Below, one piece after another: positions 1 through 12,592 of a DNA stretch of 64,000 bases. Where the stretch lies: contig MU058844.1 of NCBI GenBank assembly GCA_013265495.1, positions 2,397,520 through 2,461,519 of the forward strand, given 5' to 3'. The translations under genes were made by a program, and so were the position numbers. Numbering within the stretch: the first letter of the stretch is position 1; every line of letters starts with the position of its first letter. The stretch is from Vicugna vicugna. Taxonomy: Eukaryota. The notes under the pieces were generated by a model. It was not told the DNA's origin. It did no database searches and saw only the letters and a list, made by a program, of their open reading frames with translations.

Positions 1-51
1 TTTTTACATCAAGGAGGCATATTTTGGGGTGATATATTCTGGTTTCTTTCA
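1..51 (-). mobile_element. 5' end of a MER34/MER39-like ERV1 LTR (cut by window edge)
   Basis: Reverse complement reads TGAAAGAAACCAGAATATATCACCCCAAAATATGCCTCCTTG, the same 5' motif as the LTRs ending at 4706 and 13502 and starting at 7887, 15117 and 16685. Confidence 0.75.
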
Positions 52-339
52 ACTAGAAAAAGAAAAAAAATACAGATAACTAAAAAGTGGAAACTAGACA
101 TCACATTCAATTTCAACAAAGAAAATTGCTGTTAATACTTTGGCCTATATATTTAGATACAAGTTTATTTACTGTATATTTGTAAATTAACTTCATTATA
201 CTGCTCTATTAAATAAATCAGTAGCAAAGACTTTGGTGTCAGAAAGAAATTCAAATTTTGAAGTAGCTATGTAACTTTAAATTATTACTTGGTTTTGAGG
301 TTGTTGTCAATTGCTTATTTGTTTATTTCTTGTGAAGGA

Positions 340-1235
340 GATCAAAATGCATATTTTTTATTATAAATTTGATTTGATATTATAATTTCTCATTTTAGAA
401 TTTCCATTTGATACTTTTATTATACTATTTCTCAGCCAAGATTTTCTTTTTATTGATTATATTTTTAATCTAATTGAGCATAGTTATAAAGATGAATCTT
501 ATTTTTAAAGGTGCATCTTTAAAATCCCTGGCTGATCATTTTAACATCTGTATTAACTTGTTGTTATCTCCACTGATTATCTTGAGGATGGGTTACAGTT
601 TCCTGGTTGTTTATATATATATCAAGTAATTTTGCATTGAATACTGGACATTTTGAGTCATACTGTGGAGACTCTGGATCCTGTTACATTACTCTGAAGA
701 ATGTTGATGTATTTTTCTCAAGCAGGCAGTTAATTTGATTGAATTCAAACTGCAAACTCTAACCCTTGGGTAGCAGCTTAAACCAAGGTTCAATTCTTCC
801 CTCCTCCAGCCCTTAGTTGACCTTTTTTTCCAATCTGCCTCATGCTTTTGGGATCCAGGGTTCAGCCAAAGTGTTGGAAATAATTTATAACACAGAATCT
901 GGGGCACCTCCTCTCCGGATTTCTTTTTTCCCTCACTTTTCAACAGATGTGATTATTCTGAAATCTTTTTGTTCTTCAAGCCAGAAAGACTATGACTTAT
1001 CAGTTTTAGCCACATCTGAGACTCCATGACTTCCTTCCCTCAGGCTAAAATTAGAAGAAAAAGAAAAGAAAAAAAAATTCACACCCTGTGTTCTTTGTAT
1101 TTTCAAGTTTCAGCTTTCCTCTAGAATTTGCCTGGTTTTGTTCACTTTCAAGAGCCTTCAAGTATTTATTTTTTATGTTTTTTTTTCAGAGTCTGTGCTG
1201 TTATCTGTGGTATTATTGACTGATTAAGAGCATGC
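340..1235 (-). mobile_element. Ancient L1 (L1ME/HAL1-like) 5'/ORF1-region fragment
   Basis: T-rich antisense L1-like text (gatcattttaacatctgt, gtaattttgcattgaatactggacattttg, ggagactctggatcctgtta); family assigned from recall. Confidence 0.55.
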
Positions 1236-1769
1236 TTGAGCATATAGAAAGTAAAACATATATGGAGAGAGTGAAAGAGAAAGTTGGTTGCTAAGATGTA
1301 CTGCAGTGAATGAGCACAGTTTAGTTCGTGAGTCTGGTTCCTTAGGCACTGGAATGTGAACCATTCTAGGAACTCCGCTGGTACCTTGCCCAAAATGGGC
1401 CATGTTATAAACTACAACTAGCTGCTGTGATAGATATCTGGGTGGTCAAGCATCTCCTTAACTGCATTCAGCCTTTATGGTAGATCATCAACTTTCATGT
1501 GATTTCACTATGCTCCCCAGTTGTACAAATTGTGGAGTGGGCCATCAGATCCCACTCTGGTCTAACTCCCATTGGAGGAGTCCCTCATGCTGTTTCCTCC
1601 TCTCAGAGGCAAGAGCCCAGGGGATCCAGCTGGCCTAGGTCCAGTCTGGTTAATCCAACATCAGAGGGAATCAATGAAGTTTTGCTCTGGCTATTTGAAT
1701 ATCTGAATATTTTAGGGAAGCCTTTGCCTCTTTTCCCTTCTCTTTAACCATTTTTCCCCTAGATTATCT

Positions 1770-2035
1770 CATCCATTCCCCGAATCCAAATTACCTTCTA
1801 TATGCTAATAACTACCAAATTTATATCAGCAACCCACTTCTCTCCACTGAATTCCAAATTGGAACACCCAATTGCCTAATTTACATCTACTTTGAATGTC
1901 TCACAGATATCTCAAATTTAACATGTCAAAAATCAACTTATTAATGTCTACCTCCCTTCTCCCCAAAACTTCATCATCCCCAAACTTTCTCTACTGAGTT
2001 GTTCAAGCCAAAGACCAGGGCTAGTCTCACTCTGA
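1770..2035 (+). mobile_element. L2 LINE fragment
   Basis: L2 motifs ccaaatttatatc and catctactttgaatgtctcacagatatctcaaatttaacatgtcaaaa. Confidence 0.75.
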
Positions 2036-2039
2036 TTTT

Positions 2040-2760
2040 AAAAATTCCTAGAAATAACCCATTTCAAAATTAGGCAAATATGATGATTAAAATTTATTTG
2101 TATTAAGAGGAATGCACTTATTCTAAAGTATCATTTCTCACATATCCAATGGACAAATTATCCACAAATTTGAAAATTACTATATCTGTGAGGCCAGTAC
2201 ACAGAGTGGGATAGCTCCTCAGAAGGAAGTAAAATATCTGGCAATATCTACCAAAATGACAGATGCATTTACTTTTTGATCCAGAAATCCCATCTCAGGG
2301 AATCTAACTAACAACTGGGGTATTCGAATATATATACACAAAGTTGTCAAGTGTGGCATTCTTCAGAATAACAAATGGTTGGAAACAATTTAAGTACCAG
2401 CAATAAGTATCTCGTTAATGAAACTATCTTTTATTCTGCAAAGAAATATGCAGTTTTAAAAAATCAGAAAATTTCTAAGTTTAGATAGGGAGAGATTTTA
2501 AGAATACTTTTATAAAGAGAAAGAAAAAATAATAAGGTGCAATAACTATGTATGTTTTATGCCACTATTTGTAAGATAGAAAAGTGGTAAGTATAATGAA
2601 GTTTTTATTTACATAAAAAAATGGAGAACTAATAGAAATGGTGAATGAGGTGGTGGGACAAAGACGGGACTAAGGTTTCTCAGTATATATTTTTTAAATA
2701 GTTTTGTTTTTGAATCATGCAACTATACTAATTACAAACTTTACATACATTAAATTGACA
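2040..2760 (+). mobile_element. Ancient L1ME-like 3' fragment
   Basis: tggcaatatctaccaaaat...tttgatccagaaatcccatctcagggaatcta...ttggaaacaatttaagt are decayed L1 ORF2-end/3'UTR motifs. Confidence 0.65.
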
Positions 2761-3231
2761 AAATTCAGCTGAATGATAGAAAAAAGTAGCAATACATTAC
2801 AGTTGAGAAAAGCTTATCTAGGAATCATTTAACATTAGAAAATGTATTAATGTAATTCACAGCATTAACATTTTAGAGGAGAAAATCTGTATTATTACTG
2901 TCAAAGTTTCAAAACTAAAGAAAGGTACATTAGAATATTCTTTTCAAAAACACATCTCTTACCATTTTATTTCTTCTCTACATATTATCTCAAGTACTAA
3001 CTCAGCATGGTTTTCCAACTCTAATAAATTAACCATCAAATATCCAGTACTTGAGTGAAAACCACATGTTAACCTACCAATGTTAATTTTGGAGAGTAAC
3101 AGGCAATTTATAACAATGGGTAGGAATCTCTGAATATTCATTTCCTAATAGCTTTAATTATTTTAAGAGGTGTAAAAATGGCTGACCATGTATAAGACAT
3201 CTTAGAAATTATAGAACAAAGGCTAAAAAAA

Positions 3232-3638
3232 TGTTGACCTAAAGCAAAACACTGCCAGTTATTTCTCCAGCAAAAAGCAAACAAACAACCCCACCCCCCC
3301 CAAAAAAAACAGGTTTATTCGGGATCAATAAAGAATTGCAATTAGGGGTATGCAACCATGGTGAGCCTAGTGCAAGTGCCTATGTAACAAGGTAATGTGG
3401 ACTCAATCCTGGGAGACCTATAGTATTCAAAGAGTCCACTGGAAGAATTGAGAGTTTGAAGTATAGTGGCTTTTCATTGGCTAAGTTGTGACAGTCTCTC
3501 ACTGGTTGAGCTCTTGCAGGCAAGAAGAGCAAGCCTTTCTTCTTCCCGTTGAGCTCTGCTGTCATCCTAAGGTATGAATTCTCCCATAGCTTGTCTCCCA
3601 ACTCTATTTTAATTGAAATTTCTATTAATTTTTTTACA
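3232..3638 (-). mobile_element. ERV1-type solo LTR
   Basis: TG...CA termini (tgttgacc...tttaca), aaaa on both sides (low-complexity 4-bp TSD), antisense AATAAA near 3314; start resembles the LTR at 62001. Confidence 0.7.
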
Positions 3639-3649
3639 AAAACAATGAC

Positions 3650-3815
3650 CATGCTTAAGAATAAATAGGAAGGCTTGTTGAAACACTGACTCTTGGGGTC
3701 ACCCTCAAAGATTCTCATTAAGTGGGTCTGGAGTGGGCCCAGAGATTTGGATTTCTAACAGGCTACCAAGTAATACTGATAATTCCTGTCATGAGAATGC
3801 TATTTTGAGTTGGAC
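3650..3815. mobile_element. MER5-like hAT-Charlie DNA transposon fragment
   Basis: agattctcattaagtgggtctggagtgggcccagagatttggatttctaacagg resembles the MER5 core. Confidence 0.75.
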
Positions 3816-4130
3816 TGAACTAGACTAGAGCAGTAAGACAAAACTCTACAAAGATGATTAAACAGAGGAAACTGGGAAAGGAGAACATGAATTACAAATG
3901 ATAAAGGTAGAGAAATTTACTAATTGGATGAATATACATCGGACTGCATGTCCTATATTACAGTAATACAAAAGCACATGAGATCTCTAAAATTATCACA
4001 CTCTTTTAAACTTTCTATACCCTTGCACATCATACACTTTTCTGTTTGATAGTCCCTCCTCTATCTGCCAAAACTGTAAAAAGCATTATGGAATGTGAAT
4101 ATGTCTTAGATTTACTCCATAGGGAATCAC

Positions 4131-4706
4131 TGAAGGACTGAAAGTAAGAAAAGGTGTAGAGGAGAAAGCTTTTCTTCCCACCACCTTCTTAGGTCTGTAC
4201 CTAAGAATTAAACTGACGTAAGACAGATTAATAGGAGAAAAACATAAAATTTTATTTGGAGTCTTCAAAAAGAAAAGAAAGAAAAATGAAGACCCAAAGA
4301 AGCTGTTCTGCCCAAAAGCTTATATACCCTTTTCAACAAAGAATGATAAATTGCAGGGATGTTACAAGACAGAAGGGCTTGGGCTAGGGGCAGTTAGTTT
4401 GTAGGGCAGTGACTAGGAAATATATGGGAGGTGGTGTGACTCATGGACAATAAGGGTATTTTAGTAAGTTTGTTTGTACAAGTCCATTCTGGCGTGGACT
4501 CCCAGTCTCTGGTGGTGAGAATGTTCTCCCCTTCTTGTCCTTCAGGGAGGACATCTTTCTCAAGGGAAATTTTATGACCTGCATTTTGGTAGAAAATGGG
4601 AGGTCAGTGAGCTGTCCTGCATCTGCTGTTTCTCAAGTACCTTCAGTTCAAAATAATCAAAATGCCAAAATAATATATTTGGGGTGTTATGTTCTGAAAC
4701 CTTTCA
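4131..4706 (-). mobile_element. MER34/MER39-like ERV1 solo LTR
   Basis: Minus strand starts TGAAAGGTTTCAGAACATAACACCCCAAATATATTATTTTGGCATTTTGATTATTTTGAACTG; agacagattaataggagaaaa block is shared with other copies in the window. Confidence 0.8.
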
Positions 4707-4799
4707 CATGATAATAGTGTAGTTTGCTTGGATTAGTGTGATAGAATAGATTGCTAAGGTCAAGTCGGAAAAGGTACTTAAAATTTACAAACCATACTT

Positions 4800-5485
4800 A
4801 AGTTGTCAATTAATTTTTGACCAATGTGCCAAGGTAAGTCATTAGGAAAATGACTGTCATTTCAACAACTGGGGCTAGAACAGTTGGCTACTTCATATAA
4901 AAATAAATGAATTTAGACACTTATTTAGCCCAACATATGTAGAAACTAACTTAAAATAAATTACAGACCTAATATAAGACCTAAACTACTAAATTTTTAG
5001 AAGAAAACATAGCAAAAATATTTGTACTATTGAGTAAGGCATACATTTCTTAAACAGGACATTCAAAAACACAAACTATGGGCGAAAACATTTGATAAGA
5101 TGGTCTTCATTAAGACTAAAAATGTATGATCTTCAAAAGATACAGTTAAGAAAATGAAAATGCATACCAGATAGTACAAAAGAATAAATGATGTAGAAAG
5201 TAGAAATACATATTTGACAGATGGCTTATATCCAGAAAATATTTACAAAAAACAAAAACAAAAAGCTTATGCAAATCAACAATAAAGCAAACAACTCATT
5301 TTTAAAAGGGCAAATTATTAATCTGGCACTTTGCAAAAGTCAAAAAGCTTATGAGATATACTTAACATTACTAGCCATCAGGAAAATGCAATTAGAAATC
5401 TTAATAAGATCCCACTTCAGAGCCACAAGAATTTATAAAGTTGAAACAAAAAAACAACTGACAATGGCATGCGCTGGAGACTTCA
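4800..5485 (+). mobile_element. Old L1 ORF2 3' fragment (decayed)
   Basis: gtcaattaatttttgaccaatgtgccaag, aaatttttagaagaaaacatag, ggaaaatgcaattagaaatc; ORF 5221-5493 translates to L1-like LLAIRKMQLEILIRSHF. Confidence 0.8.
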
Positions 5486-5489
5486 GGCA

Positions 5490-5698
5490 TTAAGAGAATA
5501 AATCCTGAGTTCTCACCACAAGAAAAACATGTTTGCCTATTTATTTAATTTTATACCTATATGAGGTGATGAATGTTCACTGCACTTACTGTGATAATCA
5601 CTTCATGATGCATGTAAATCAAATAATTATGCTGTATGTCTTAAACTTACATAGTGCTGCATGTTAATTACATCTCAATAAAACTACAAGAAAAAAAA
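5490..5698 (+). mobile_element. L1MA/L1MB-type 3'UTR terminus with A tail
   Basis: gttctcaccacaag...cttaaacttacatagtgctgcatgttaatttacatctcaataaaactacaagaaaaaaaa. Confidence 0.85.
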
Positions 5699-5923
5699 TT
5701 ATTGTATCTCTAGCAGAAATAGCAATTCAAATTCATTTTTAATCATGTTCATATTTTGATCCTTTCCAGGAGTAAGCAGTTAGCCATTAAGACAGTGACA
5801 GAGATACGTTTATTGCTTAGATAAGTGCCGCAAAAGAAAGCATGCTCTTTGAAATGGGATATAGGACAGGGAAGTTTCAAAAAGGTAGACAGCAAAAGCA
5901 GGACTGTTTATAGGAAAGCTTAC

Positions 5924-5983
5924 CTTCTTCAGGCAGGATAGCAGGTTCCTCTGGGCAACCGATGCGATGAGAGCCAGGCATTC
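5924..5983 (-). other. Candidate 60-nt internal exon of an unidentified transcript
   Basis: Minus strand tgtgtctcccag|GAATGC...GAAGAAG|gtaagc; length divisible by 3; two of three frames open; 34/60 GC with 2 CpG in an AT-rich background. Confidence 0.4.
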
Positions 5984-6884
5984 CTGGGAGACACACATTG
6001 ATGTTTTGATTAATAGATTGCCCCAGAATGAGCAGTTAAACAATAAATTAAGTAGGATTAGACAATAAATTAATGGGAAAGCTGTAGAACACCAGAAACG
6101 TCTTAGTTTATAACTCCCCACCTGGCCTTTGTGTTACTGCAGTTTATTTGTCATTATTTCTCACTGTATGATGATGCAGCTGGAAGCATTGATGATCTAG
6201 ATCACTGATATTCTAAAGATCCTTTACACTGTCCTTGGAAGTCAATGTTCAATGCAATTTGCTTATCTAAGAAATTTGGATCTACTAAAATTATGAGGCT
6301 AAAAAAAATAAGTCAAGAGCAACAGCTGTCAATTGTTTGTATCCTAAAGCCTATCCACTCTTCCCTAAAGTCCATTCTATGCACTCTCAGTTCCAGTTTA
6401 GCACAGATTTATCCTAACTTAGGTCTTCCAACATTGATCTGGAACTGGCACTTCTTAAATTTTGTGGTTTCAAGGACGATTATCAGACACAAACCAAATT
6501 AGGTTTAATGTAATTGGAGATACGAACATAACAATTATGTTTTGTAGATTTAATGTACTACTTCTATTCCATTTTAAAAAGGATTCGTCTAAAATAATAG
6601 ATCATTGTGTAGGATGAAGCAAAAATGGTTTTCTGAAGGTATGTTGCCCACAGATAATAGAGTGTTCAAAAAGTTTAAAATTTATTCTTTTGAAAGCTCA
6701 CTGTCATATTTACAAATTGAGTCCTATCTGCAGGGATATATTCCATATTATTTTGTATTTCTTTCTTCTCTACTGTGAATTTAAGATGGATAGTTCGCCT
6801 TATTTCATAGTAGACTTCTCAATATCTCCTTGTCCATACGTGATAAATAGTATAAACTGTAAGGTCACTTCATATTTTGTTATT

Positions 6885-7085
6885 CATGAAGTCAGGAGAT
6901 CTAGGTTCTGGTCTAGTTTTATATCATCTCAGGCTAGCCTCTTTCGCTCTGAAAGCCTATGCCCTCATCTCTAAAATAAGACAAATGATATCAGCTCTGT
7001 CTGCTTCATAATGAGGTTATGAATACCAAGTGCTTTTGAAAGAGCTTTAAACACTATAAAACCATCTAAAAGCAGAAGATGTGAT
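6885..7085 (+). mobile_element. MIR SINE
   Basis: gaagtcaggagatctaggttct...cctcatctctaaaataag core. Confidence 0.65.
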
Positions 7086-7129
7086 TAGCTCCAAAGTGGA
7101 ATAATAGTAAATATACTGTACAAGGTCAC

Positions 7130-7460
7130 TTTTATTCATTCATGTATTCAACAGTCTAATCCTCTTTTTTTTTCCCCTATGAAACAAATAGTAAGCATCT
7201 TCTGTGTCCCAGGGATTATCTGATATGAAGAAATCTAAAATGAAGAGATTAAAAGATACAGAGTTTATCTCTCAGGCACTCAAAGTCTATCTAGGTTGGG
7301 AGACAGACAGGTAAGCAGCTAATTAAAGTAGAAAGTCATAGTTGCCATAATAGACATAATAACAGAAAGCTGAGGAAATAGAAGAATCTAATAAATCTGT
7401 TCGAGAGAAATGCTTCATAGCAAAGGCAACTGGAGGTAAATTTTGGTGGGTTATTGTAAT
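7130..7460 (-). mobile_element. L2 3' end fragment
   Basis: ttcattcatgtattcaaca start; ctcaaagtctatctaggttgggagacagacagg. Confidence 0.6.
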
Positions 7461-7886
7461 CAGAAGTTTGATTTGGGGTAAGATAATAGGGTGAAGGTCA
7501 AGATTTAAGTTGGTGTCTGGAGGTAGAAGACTTGATAGACTGTTGTTTGCACTGAGGTTTTCATGAAGAATTTGCACCTCAGGCAAGATTGCTACACAGG
7601 CTCTAAACTGGGTAGACAAGTAACAGTCACAAATAACAAACCTCTGAATGGTTCAGAGTAATTAATTCAATCATGTAATTTTATGCTCCTCGTAGATGAC
7701 TGGCAGCCAGCCTCACTCTAGAGGCCACAGGAACTAGCACTCGAGGGCTACTGGAATGATAATTGTATATGCTATTCTTTAAGAGGCATTTTCATGCTTA
7801 ATTGCGAAGTCTTACAAAAATCCCATGCAATCTGAGAGGAACTGATAGTAGAGGCAATGCATATGTACTTGCCTGAATAATTAAAG

Positions 7887-8310
7887 TGGAGGGATTTAGA
7901 CCATCCTATTCAAAATATACTTCTTTGGTAGGTTGATTATTTTGAGCTGAAAAGTGCATGAGAAACAGCAAATGCAGAAAGGGCTCCCTGACCTCCCATT
8001 ACTCTCCCCTACCCGCCCCTACAATATATTTCCAAGTTACTGTCCCACAAATTACTGACCCTCACTCAAGGTCACTCTTTTGTCTTGTTACATCCCTGTA
8101 ATTTATTGTTCTTTGTGTAAAAAGGTATACAAATATTTGGCCCTAATGGCTTCTTTGGGTCTTTATTTCCCTTCTGAAAACTCCTATGTGCATATAAAAA
8201 AAAATTAAGTGAAATTATATATAAAAATAATTAAGTGAAATGTGTATTTTTTTCTCATATTAATTTGTCTTAAGTCAGTTTGACTCCTAGGCCTGAGTCC
8301 TTTCTTTTCT
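7887..8310 (+). mobile_element. MER34-like ERV1 solo LTR (degenerate 3' end)
   Basis: caaaatatacttctttggtaggttgattattttgagctga 5' motif; ttaatttgtcttaagtcagttt 3' block. Confidence 0.75.
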
Positions 8311-8379
8311 GAGATATTAGCATTTCTGGACTCAAATGCTAGTATTTCCACCAAGTTTTGAGAAATCTTAACCAGTAAA

Positions 8380-9380
8380 AGTGATCTGAGCATTAACATT
8401 TGATAAAGATCTTGGATTTTATCTTACAGGTAATGAGGATATTTGCAGGAAAAAAAATGACAGTTTTTGAAAATTACTATTCTGACAACATCAAGGTCAA
8501 CAGATAAAAATGAGGATGAGGATGCAGTTGACAGAAGAGAGGGAGAACAATTAAGAGTAATACACGGACTTAGATGTAAGATCATCCATGGAGGGATTCA
8601 TGGTAGTGGTGATAAAAAAAAATGATAATAATAATGAAATACTCCTAAAGTAGTATTGACAGTATGCAATGAGACCAGTGTGGAGAGGAGGGAGGAGGAG
8701 GAGTTAAAGATTCTCATTTTGGAGTCAGTGTAGTTAGCAGCACCATTTACTAAAATATGTCATATACATGGAGTGGGTATGGCAGAGAAGATAATGAGTG
8801 CAATTTAGATATGTTCATTTTTAAAGCACTTGTGGGATATCTAAGTATAGATGCCAACATGACGGTTATAAATATGATTCAGGTCCTCAAGAAAAAGATC
8901 TAGACTGGAAATAAATATGTGTAATCATCAACTTGGTTCAAATCATAGAAAAGGTTGGAATGATTTTTTAAAAGACCATTTTAATTTAAAAGATGGCAAC
9001 ATTAACAGCTAGCCTGAAGATGAGATACCAACAAAGAGTTCTGAGGAAGAAAGTCACAGAGTAAAGAGAAGTAGTGTTGGAATTAACGAAAAGACAGTTT
9101 TAAAGGAAAAGCAGAGGGAAACTGGGTGCAGGCAAAAGAGCCAAATGTTCCAGTGATACTGGCAAATGAAAAAACGGAAAAGAAAAATCAAGGATACTAT
9201 TAACCTTAACATAATAGTCTGGCATTGTGGTTAAGATGAAATTCAAGTTTTAAAGGCTTTAGTAGTAAATAGATGTTGATGAAGAATACTGAAATATATG
9301 TTCTTCTCTCAAAAGGTTTATTTCAAAATATAGAATAAAAAAAGATGGTGGCTTGAAAAGGAATTGGTGTAAAGGGAAAG
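8380..9380 (-). mobile_element. L2 fragment(s)
   Basis: ttggattttatcttacaggtaatgagga, gagtgcaatttagatatgtt, agatctagactggaaataaat are antisense L2 motifs. Confidence 0.65.
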
Positions 9381-9499
9381 AAATTTTTGTAACTGATTAA
9401 TTATGAATTGATTTCATTCTATGGAGGGAGGTATAATGCTAATAAAAGAGGATATCCGAACTGGATTCTAGATCTAGTTTTTCTATTGTTGAGGGATAC

Positions 9500-9670
9500 A
9501 CTGTATTATAATAGTTAGGGTATCCATTTTGGAGTTAGGCATCTTGTGTTCAAATCTCACTTAACCAGTTGTATGTCAATTCATTTACATGTAAAATAAA
9601 GGAAATGCTTTTTTTTCTCATATGTTTGCTGCATCCAGCACACAGTAAGTACTCAATATGTATTCATTAT
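9500..9670 (+). mobile_element. MIR SINE
   Basis: ttggagttaggcatcttgtgttcaaatc ... cagcacacagtaagtactcaata. Confidence 0.6.
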
Positions 9671-10189
9671 TGCAGATTTCTTTCCACACAAGCATAGAGT
9701 ATATTTAAAGCAAATATATGTGTTTCTATTGGCTAAGAATTTGGCTCCAAATCAATTTCTGATCAATATTTCATGCCAATGCAAATGCTGTTCTCTCCCT
9801 AAATGAGACAATGACTTTTTCCAGGATTAGTGGAAACTGCTAGAGCATGGAGCTGTCATTCAGGCCTCTAACTTCACAGTAAATTTTATTCATGTTAATA
9901 TCAGAATGTCCCTAGAGATCAGGATCTTTTCTCAATGTTAAAGACATGCTCTGAGTTTAGGGTACTTGTATCCAAAATAAGTGCAAATGCTTTTTAATTG
10001 AGGTTTCTGCATAACTTTGCTGGCTCAAATACCTAGTTCCTTGGATATTTTTTTTATTTTAAATGGAAAAGCATGCAAGATGCTCAATTAAAAAAAAAAA
10101 AGAAAGAAAAAGAAAACAGATAAGGATGGCCAGAATCTCAACATCCTTAATTAGGTGCTCCAAGAGTATGCCATGTGGTTAATGATGGA

Positions 10190-10775
10190 GGTTACAGAAT
10201 CAAACTTACTAGCTCAGACTGTAAGCAGATCTTTGCAGGAAACACCCTCAGCAGGAAATCCCTTTTGCCTTGTCACTTTAGCAAAGCTACATTGTAACTA
10301 ACTTTTAAATCTGGTGCCCCTGTGCTTTACAAATCTTTTGATCACATAATACTTTGCCTAACTTGATTGGTGTTCTCCACAGACCAAAGAAGTAGAAATG
10401 GAGAATAAGAAATTATTCACAAATGATCAGATCTCTTTCCTAGTTCTCCTTCAGTAATCTCACAAATTGTGAACAAGATAGCATCTAAGGAAAATTCACA
10501 AGGAATTGACAGTCCTGCACATCAAGCCTGCCTGCAGTGAGGGATGGTGATGACTCCGATCCCCTTATCTCAATGATCAACAGAGATCACTTCTTTTTTC
10601 CTTTAAAAAGTTCATGGCTGAGCAGAATCTTCTGAGATGGTTTTTGGGGACACTGAGTCCACCATTTCCCCAGATTGCTAACATTCTAAGTAATGGCAAC
10701 TTTCTTTTCTATCAACATCACCTCTCCCAAGTATTGCTTTTGAGTGGCAAGTAGCAGAACCTGAGTTCAGTAATA
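10190..10775 (+). mobile_element. ERV1-type solo LTR
   Basis: Starts gttacagaa and ends gaacctgagttcagtaata (the same terminus as 12325); TATA-like tttaaaaag followed by R/U5-like sequence; no TSD seen. Confidence 0.6.
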
Positions 10776-11713
10776 AGACTTGGCTCTAAACACATACGGA
10801 AAATAGGTGTGACAATAAGAGAGATGAATAATAGCTTTCTTCTGTAGTCTCAAGAAATCAGATCCATAGCTACTTTCCCAGAGGTCCACCTGATTCTATT
10901 TGATAAGTTTTTAAAGGCAAGTGTATAATTTCAATTAGAAAAAGACACAAGATCTGTTTTACTATAGCAGCTGAAAGTAGGGTTAAACATTGATGATAAG
11001 GTGATCTAGAAAAGACTGATTTCAAGTAACAGAAGATGTAAAAGATGGAGAAGAAGTAAAGGAAGAGGAGAAACAGCAAATATGGAGGGGAAGGAGAGGG
11101 CAGAGGAAGAGGAGAGAAATAGATGGGAGGAGGAAGGGCAACAATGCCTTCATACCATTCTCCAAAGACATCAATTTCATGGAATAACAAAAATTTTAAA
11201 TCTTACATTTGTAAGAAGATATTCTAGCACTGGAGACCAAGTGCTAAGACATCTAAACACTCCAGTTTGGTTTTGTCCACGTCAGAATCCCTCTTTCTTA
11301 GTAGGTGAGTGAGGAGCAAGAGAAACTTTAAATAACATACTGGGAATGAAGCATCTATAACCAAAAGAGAATTCTGACAATCTAAGGTGAAGGCAAAAAA
11401 GCTAAAACTAGAGATTAAAGTAGGAAAAATATGATATTTATGGAATGATCCTGGAAAAAGAAGGGGACTCCCATTATAATTAAGAGAGAGAGTGTTGATG
11501 AAAATATGTGCCTTGAAAGAGAGAAGAATAATGAGCTCACCTCATGACTTCTGACTCTCTGAAAATTCAAGGGACCCTTATCTAATCAGGGTGAGAGGGC
11601 TTGAGGAGACTTATAAGTGTTTGCATCAAACCGTGGAGAATCCAAGGATTAGGGTTGTGAGGGAGGAAAAATAATTTTCCTCCTACCCTTTTAGGTTCTT
11701 GGCTGAGACCAAC

Positions 11714-12325
11714 TGTTACCAGGACTGTTGCCCCAGAATCATACCCCTGCCCTTCCCTTGAATAGAAACCAATTACTCTTAATCTAAGTTTCAAGAGGAA
11801 GCTGCAAAGGAAAAAAAGAAAAGGAAAAACCAACTACTGGTTAGAATCAACTAGGCCCAAGATGTAGGAGGATTTGACTTTGAATAGACTTTGAGCCTCA
11901 TTATAAGCTCACTGTAATTCATGCAAAATGACACACCCACCTATGCCATGACAGCTCATTATCACCATGACAACAACCAGAAAAGCCCATACAAAGACTG
12001 AAAAGGAGGGTTGCATCAGTCCCAGGTCCTAACCACACCCCATGTTCCCAGATAACTCATTAATATTCCTCCATTCTTTCCGATTCTCTCCCTTTTACCT
12101 TGACCCTCCTGTATGTTTGGTGCCTCCACCTGATTTGGATTAAGAAGTTGACTTGCCAACTAGGTTCCCCTTTCTCCATTCTTTTGGCCATTGATTAAAG
12201 CCTGTGCTGTTCCAGTCTCAGCATTGGTTTCATTATTTTCTGGGTGAATCCAGTCCAAAAAAGAACCTCCCTGGCTAGGACAGGGGGGTCTCAGCCTGGG
12301 CTAGGACCTCACCAATTCAGTAATA
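11714..12325 (+). mobile_element. MER41-like ERV1 solo LTR nested in the MER34-like LTR
   Basis: tgttacc...agtaata termini; perfect 4-bp TSD caac (11710-11713 and 12326-12329); cctcattata, atgacacacccacc and gccatgacag motifs. Confidence 0.8.
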
Positions 12326-12592
12326 CAACCTATAATAAAAGACAGAGTAATAGAAGAAAAACAAACAGAAGTTTAACAACATGTATACCTCCTGTATACA
12401 TGGGAGATAACCAGGAAAACTGACTAACCACTAGAAATGGCTCAAGTTGCTGCCTTAAATACCATCTTCAACTAAAGATAAAAGAATGATGTTGGGGATG
12501 GGGAGAGCCAGTTACGGGAGGTTATCAGGCAGAGCACAGTAAAAAAAAAAAAAAAAGGTATGGTGGTCATGCAGATTTAAATCCAAGCATTT

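Noticed and set aside
1420..1720. Possible old MLT1-type LTR
   Set aside because: GC-richer and begins tgtgatag, but I could not match enough motifs or an end to call it.
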